Of a stretch of DNA of 64,000 bases, positions 58,901 to 64,000 are shown piece after piece. The stretch is from Candidatus Latescibacterota bacterium (GTDB taxonomy: Bacteria; Latescibacterota; UBA2968; UBA8231), in assembly GCA_965206595.1 (NCBI GenBank), contig OZ242214.1, forward strand, positions 1,152,001 through 1,216,000, in the 5' to 3' direction. A program made the translations under genes and the position numbers. Each line of letters starts with the position of its first letter. Within the stretch, counting starts at the first letter, position 1. The notes below the pieces were generated by a model. The model was not told the origin of the DNA. It did not search any database and saw only the letters and a list, made by a program, of their open reading frames with translations.

Positions 58901-61456
58901 ATGACCTCATCGATGGGAGCCATCATTCTCGCCCTGTTCTTTCTGTCCGGGGCGTGCTCACTGGTCTACGAGGTCATCTGGGTGCGGATGCTGCTGGTCG
59001 TATTCGGCGTCAGTGCCCACGCCGTCAGCACCGTGCTGGCGTCGTTCATGGCCGGCCTCGCACTGGGCGGGCTCTACTTCGGTCGAGCGACGGACAGGCG
59101 GGCGGAACGGCTGAGGACATACGGGCGACTCGAGATCGCCATCGGCGTGTGCGCCCTCGTCGTTCCTTTCATCATCGGAGCTCTGGACGAAGCTTACGTC
59201 CTCAGCTTCCGGCTCAGCGGTGAGAGTCCCTTCTTCGCCGCCGTCACTCGCCTCGCACTCGCCTTTGCCGTCCTCATCGTGCCGACGACGCTGATGGGTG
59301 CGACCTTGCCCGTCATGAGCAAGTTCGCCGTCGATCGTATTGCGGGCACTGGTTCGACGGTTGGCGGACTCTACGCGGTGAATACCTTCGGTGCTGCCGT
59401 TGGAGTGTTCGTAGCCGCTTTCATACTGCTGCCCAGCGTCGGAGTGACTGGCGCCACCTACCTGGGCGCCGCGACGAATCTGCTCATAGGAGCTACCTCT
59501 CTCCTCCTGAGCCGGACATGGGCGGAGGTGCAAACGCGGGAACACGACATCGCGGCCGAAGAACATCCGGTTGTTCCGAGGCCGACCGTCCGGCACGACT
59601 CTTCCGAGGCTCTTCCGACCTGGATGCGTCCCCTCACACTGGTGGCATTCGGCCTGTCCGGGTTCACCGCTCTGGGCTATGAAGTGGTGTGGACGAGGCT
59701 GTTGACGATTCTCCACAAGGCGGCGACAACGCTGAGTTTCAGCACCATCCTGATCGCCTTCCTCCTCGGCCTCGCCTCAGGTGGAGCCGCCAGCGCACGC
59801 CTCGCGGATCGAGGGCGGGATCCCGCCCTCGCCTTCGGCGCCATCGAGATGCTGATCGGACTCTTCGGCCTCGCCTCGATCGCCCTCCTGGGTGGCGGCG
59901 TCGCCTACTTCAGTTTTCTCGAGAGCGCCTTCAGTCTGTCGCCCGAAGCGGATCTGCTCATTGTCGCCGTCGTCGTCATGTTCGTCCCCACTTTCCTCAT
60001 GGGCGCCGTTTTTCCGATAGCCGTTCGGCTCCAGGTGACCGGACTGCAAAGCGTGGGCCGGCGCATCGGAGACCTCTATGCGGCCAACACCGGTGGGGCT
60101 ATCGCCGGCTCCCTGGCGGCCGGGTTCGTTTTGATCCCCCTCCTCGGGACGCAGTTGACGATTCAGGCCCTGGCGTGGACGAATGTCGTTCTCGGGGTTG
60201 TCCTGCTCCTCGCCGGCCCGCTGACTCGATTGGGGAGAAAATGGGCCCTTGTCGCGGTCTTGGCGCTTCCGGCGGTGGCCCTTGAAGTCGCTGTGCCGGG
60301 GGATCTTTTCGCAAGACTTCTGGATCAGGTCGACCCGCAGGGTGAGCTCATCTACTACAGCGAGGATGTGGGAGGCACGGTCAGCGTCTATCAGATCGCC
60401 GACGGCCATCGCAGCCTGCGGGTGAACGGCACTGGCGAAGTGCGCACCGACCACGCCGCGATGCAGACGTTTCGCACCCTCGGCAATCTGCCTCTCCTAT
60501 TGCACCCCGAGCCCGAGAAAGCTCTCGTCGTGGCCTTCGGCGGGGGCGTGACCCTGTCAGCGGCGGAATTGCACGGTCTGGAGCGTCTCGACTGCGTCGA
60601 GGTCGTACCGGCCGTGTTCGGGGCAGCCGGCTACTTCGCTGAGTACAACAACGGCATCGCCGGTCGCTTCGACTCGTCTCACATCAATTTGATCGCCGAA
60701 GACGGGCGAACCCATCTGCTGCGCACGGACGAGCGCTACGATGTCATCATCTGCGACGCCACCCATCCGACGACGGCGGACAGCTGGCTGCTGTACACCC
60801 GCGAGTTCTACGACCTCTGCCGCCGGGGCTTGAAGGATGGCGGCTTGCTCGCTCAATGGGTGCCCCTTCACGGCCTGACGGCCGAGGATTACAGAGTCAT
60901 CCTGCGGACCTTCAGGTCCACGTTCCCGCACGTTTCGGTATGGCTGAACGAAATCTACACGATCCTGCTCGGTTCCTTCGACCCCCTGCATATCGACTAC
61001 GCCAGGCTGCAGCGACGGCTTGCGCGACCCGAAATCGAGGCTAATCTCGCGCCGGTCGACCTCGGTGACGCCGTTTCCTTTCTCAGCACTCTCGCTCTCG
61101 ACCGGGCGGCCGTAGACCGCTGCGTGGGCAAGGGCCCGATCAACACCGACGCCATGGCCCTGATTGGTTACGCCGACAGCGATGCCTACGGTCTCAACGG
61201 CGTGGCAGCCCTCGAAAGCATGAGGCGCCATCTCATCGAAGAGGTGGACGCCTCCATGCTTTCGGGCGCCTGCCCGGAACAGGTGGAAAGGCTCGAGAAG
61301 CGCCTCGCGGCACGCCGCTACGCCGTCGAGGGGACGATCGCCATGCTCAAGGGTGACAGGAGCAGAGCGCGGGAGCGGTTCTGGCGTGCCGCTGCGATCG
61401 ATCCAGAGGAAAACGTGTCGCGCCGATTGCTCGAGGTGCTGGGCGAACGGCACTAA
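58901..61456 (+). CDS. Fused MFS-like / spermidine synthase-like protein
   Basis: FFLSGACSLVYEVIWVR and LYAVNTFGA repeats; SAM-fold VAFGGG, VEV, EDGR and YDVIICD. Confidence 0.9.
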   Translation: MTSSMGAIILALFFLSGACSLVYEVIWVRMLLVVFGVSAHAVSTVLASFMAGLALGGLYFGRATDRRAERLRTYGRLEIAIGVCALVVPFIIGALDEAYVLSFRLSGESPFFAAVTRLALAFAVLIVPTTLMGATLPVMSKFAVDRIAGTGSTVGGLYAVNTFGAAVGVFVAAFILLPSVGVTGATYLGAATNLLIGATSLLLSRTWAEVQTREHDIAAEEHPVVPRPTVRHDSSEALPTWMRPLTLVAFGLSGFTALGYEVVWTRLLTILHKAATTLSFSTILIAFLLGLASGGAASARLADRGRDPALAFGAIEMLIGLFGLASIALLGGGVAYFSFLESAFSLSPEADLLIVAVVVMFVPTFLMGAVFPIAVRLQVTGLQSVGRRIGDLYAANTGGAIAGSLAAGFVLIPLLGTQLTIQALAWTNVVLGVVLLLAGPLTRLGRKWALVAVLALPAVALEVAVPGDLFARLLDQVDPQGELIYYSEDVGGTVSVYQIADGHRSLRVNGTGEVRTDHAAMQTFRTLGNLPLLLHPEPEKALVVAFGGGVTLSAAELHGLERLDCVEVVPAVFGAAGYFAEYNNGIAGRFDSSHINLIAEDGRTHLLRTDERYDVIICDATHPTTADSWLLYTREFYDLCRRGLKDGGLLAQWVPLHGLTAEDYRVILRTFRSTFPHVSVWLNEIYTILLGSFDPLHIDYARLQRRLARPEIEANLAPVDLGDAVSFLSTLALDRAAVDRCVGKGPINTDAMALIGYADSDAYGLNGVAALESMRRHLIEEVDASMLSGACPEQVERLEKRLAARRYAVEGTIAMLKGDRSRARERFWRAAAIDPEENVSRRLLEVLGERH

Positions 61457-61628
61457 CGGGAACACGGCACCATCGGCTTCGGCGAAACGCCCCGAGCCAA
61501 ATGCCGCTGTCGTGGGAAGGCGCCTTCTCGGCGACGAGGCCGAGTTTCAGGGGGAGCGCGCCATCATGAAGCCGCCCGAAACCGGCGAGCCGGCAACTTT
61601 CCTTGGGCATCAGTTGTGAAATGACGAT

Positions 61629-61642
61629 TTGACGGCCGTCAA
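61629..61642. promoter_or_regulatory. Perfect 14-bp palindrome, candidate operator
   Basis: TTGACGGCCGTCAA (TTGAC-N4-GTCAA), 85 nt upstream of the 61728 start. Confidence 0.45.
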
Positions 61643-61727
61643 GCCAACCACAAACCGCCCGCCCGTCACTTGACGCGCGCCTTTGAGAACACTCTTTTTT
61701 TCTCGAAAACATGAGGAAGAGCCCGCT

Positions 61728-64000
61728 TTGAAGTCTCGCCTGTTCGACATAGTCCTCACTGTGACTGCGCTGTCCTCGGGCGCTGCCGAGGCAGAGGATT
61801 ACGGCTCCCGACTCGGGGTGGCGCGGGGAGGCGATGTGAACTTCCAGCCCAGGGGATCGGGGGTGATGTTCGGCGCTCTGGATCCCACCGTCAGGCGCTG
61901 GTACGTGCCTCAGGAGCTGTATCACGAATACCAGTGGCGACATTGGGAGTACAGCAACTACGCCAGGGTAGGGTACGAGCGCTACGTCGATACCAGGATC
62001 GCGGGAGACTACTTCTACGACAACTTCGGCGATTTCATCAGCTATGGCTGGCTCATTTACGACTGGCGTCAGGACCAGCCCCAGTCGCAGGGCAGCAGTC
62101 TCTACAAGGACCCCAGATTCACCGAGTGGTTCAGCGACCTGACGGTGAGCGGCGACGCCCGCGGTCAGTACGCCTACGCCGTGACCGTTGGGAAAGAGAT
62201 CCGGACTACGCTGACACCGATGACCTTTTCCAAACCGAGGTTCAACGGTGTTCAGGTCGACTTCGCGGCCGACAAGTACGCCGCCACCGTCCTCGCGTCG
62301 CGCATCACTGACCCCGGCATTGTCAGGACCCAGACCCCCTCCGTTGCAAGCAGCCACACCAGTCTCATCGGCGGGCGGGCGACCGTTCAGATCGGCGACT
62401 TCATCACCCTGGGGAGCACCCTGGTTGGCGCCAGGAACTCGAATCCGGCTCTCGACATGTTCGACGGCAATTTCATCGCCGGCAACCTGACGGCTGGCCA
62501 GAGCAGGAAGCCCGTCACCGTGGTCGCTGTCGTCTTGAGCGATGACAGCCCCAAGGACGGCGAGGGAGGGGCAGCGCTCTTCGGCCACGATCTGCGTATC
62601 AGGACCAGGGACTTCGAAACCGGGGAGGAAACCGTCCACACCCTCGCCGAGGTCGTGCGCGCGGGCGCGGAATGGCCTGCCGTGTTCGGGGGATTCGTCA
62701 AGGAGGGGTTCCTGGCGGCCGATGGCGTCGAGCGGATCACCCTGAACTACGACTTCAATGACGCGGCCTACATCGGTCCGGACCTGACGAGCATCATCGC
62801 AGTGGAGTTCGACTACATCCTGGCCAACGACTACAGAATCGACATGTGGTCGAACAGGCAGACCGGCCTGAATGGCGAGGAAGATGTACCCTTGCCGCCT
62901 CTGACGAGTGAAGTCTTCGAGCAGCAATCGCCGGTGCTGCTTCCCGTGGAGCGGGCCGAGGGGAACATCAAGGACATCTCCAACGTGCGGGTCGTGCGCT
63001 TCGAATACGGTCTGCCCACGGCCAACCTGGTGGGCGGATTCACGATCGAGGGCAAGAACCTGCTGGGCTTCGACTTCTACGGCGAGTGGGACCGGAACAT
63101 CAGGTACTCCCAGTACCCCAACGCCTCCCGCTTCGCGGCCAATCGGGGACACGAGATCTCCTCACGCAGCGCCGATGCGGCGCTGCTCTCGGTCTCGAGA
63201 CAGGGCTATCCCTACTTCGCCTACGGCGAGCTCTACTCGGTGGCGGAGGATTACTCCACGAGCGCTTTCGTCTCCGACGATGAGGGGGAATTCCAGTACG
63301 ACGTCCCTGCCAACGCGCTCTACGAGTTCGTCGACGACAACGACGACCAGGACCGCCTCCCCGACTGGGCCCGAGCGGGCGCCTCGTTCGTGGACCCGGA
63401 GATCTTCCCCGGCTGGGACGAGAACAACGACTTCATCTCCGACTTCAACCAGAACGACAACACCTCGGTGCCCAACACGATTCCGGACTACGAGGAGCCC
63501 TTCCTCAGACATCACGTAGATCGGCCCGAATTCCTGTTCGGCATCGACCTGAACAACAACGGCTACATCGACCGCTTCGAAGACGACAATCTGCCCGACT
63601 ACCCCTACAAGGCCGACCGCAAGGGGTACAATGTCTTCGGGGGATCACACCTCACGCCGGATGCGCGCATTTTCGTGGGGCACCTCGATGAGGAGATGTT
63701 CTCCGACGACCGCCGCAACCGGACCACTTACGCCATGTTCACCTACAACAGGGACTTCCCTTCGTGGGGGCGGCTGTGGGTCTTCGACATGCTCAAACGC
63801 GTCGAGGACACGATCCCCGAGGATCGGCGGGCGCCGTCACCTTTTCGAAACGCCCCGATCCAGCCCCTCGTCGAGGACATCCTTCCCGCACCGGAGACGT
63901 GGGTGAACACCGCCTGGCTGGGGCTCGACTACACCGCAGTTCCGCGTCTCGAGATCAACAACAAGCTCAAGTACCGGATCTACAACCAGGCGGCCGACGA
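61728..64000 (+). CDS. Large secreted hypothetical protein, paralogue 3 (runs off the window end; missing from the ORF track)
   Basis: GAGGA RBS and TTG start: MKSRLFDIVLTVTALSSGAAEAEDYGSRLGVARGG...ALDPTVRRWYVPQEL; collinear with 51151-53991. Confidence 0.85.
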   Translation, partial: MKSRLFDIVLTVTALSSGAAEAEDYGSRLGVARGGDVNFQPRGSGVMFGALDPTVRRWYVPQELYHEYQWRHWEYSNYARVGYERYVDTRIAGDYFYDNFGDFISYGWLIYDWRQDQPQSQGSSLYKDPRFTEWFSDLTVSGDARGQYAYAVTVGKEIRTTLTPMTFSKPRFNGVQVDFAADKYAATVLASRITDPGIVRTQTPSVASSHTSLIGGRATVQIGDFITLGSTLVGARNSNPALDMFDGNFIAGNLTAGQSRKPVTVVAVVLSDDSPKDGEGGAALFGHDLRIRTRDFETGEETVHTLAEVVRAGAEWPAVFGGFVKEGFLAADGVERITLNYDFNDAAYIGPDLTSIIAVEFDYILANDYRIDMWSNRQTGLNGEEDVPLPPLTSEVFEQQSPVLLPVERAEGNIKDISNVRVVRFEYGLPTANLVGGFTIEGKNLLGFDFYGEWDRNIRYSQYPNASRFAANRGHEISSRSADAALLSVSRQGYPYFAYGELYSVAEDYSTSAFVSDDEGEFQYDVPANALYEFVDDNDDQDRLPDWARAGASFVDPEIFPGWDENNDFISDFNQNDNTSVPNTIPDYEEPFLRHHVDRPEFLFGIDLNNNGYIDRFEDDNLPDYPYKADRKGYNVFGGSHLTPDARIFVGHLDEEMFSDDRRNRTTYAMFTYNRDFPSWGRLWVFDMLKRVEDTIPEDRRAPSPFRNAPIQPLVEDILPAPETWVNTAWLGLDYTAVPRLEINNKLKYRIYNQAAD

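Overview
High-GC bacterial window. The gene families (three phytanoyl-CoA dioxygenases, a 'SWGRIK'-tailed secreted protein, a FlgD-tailed protein) suggest a Latescibacterota/Poribacteria-like organism, possibly sponge-associated; this is inference only. Layout: (1) 0.2-9.3 kb, a 7-gene operon pairing phospho-headgroup synthesis (NTP-transferase, CDP-alcohol phosphotransferase) with an HpnL/HpnM/HpnN-like plus TolC lipid export set; (2) tRNA-Gly(GCC), an FG-GAP/ASPIC TPR protein, PBP1A, nfo, hemJ and catabolic enzymes; (3) recQ followed by a ~12 kb minus-strand defence island. The island has a restriction-like DUF499 ATPase / small protein / DUF1156 methyltransferase / PLD-SNF2 core, a three-gene cassette nested inside it, an MBL-hydrolase::methyltransferase in-frame chimera and a frameshifted CBS-HEPN gene; (4) dioxygenases, MlrC, dus, adk; (5) a 45.3-46.3 kb scar zone with a group II intron remnant, a DUF234-like fragment, short tandem duplications and one arm of an 88-bp inverted repeat; (6) from 46.3 kb to the end, a cluster of uncharacterised secreted proteins, including three ~950-aa paralogues and a SurA/PrsA-type PPIase, which may be an undescribed envelope system. 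No CRISPR array, rRNA, integrase, transposase or intact reverse transcriptase was seen. All family assignments come from motif recognition, not database searches.
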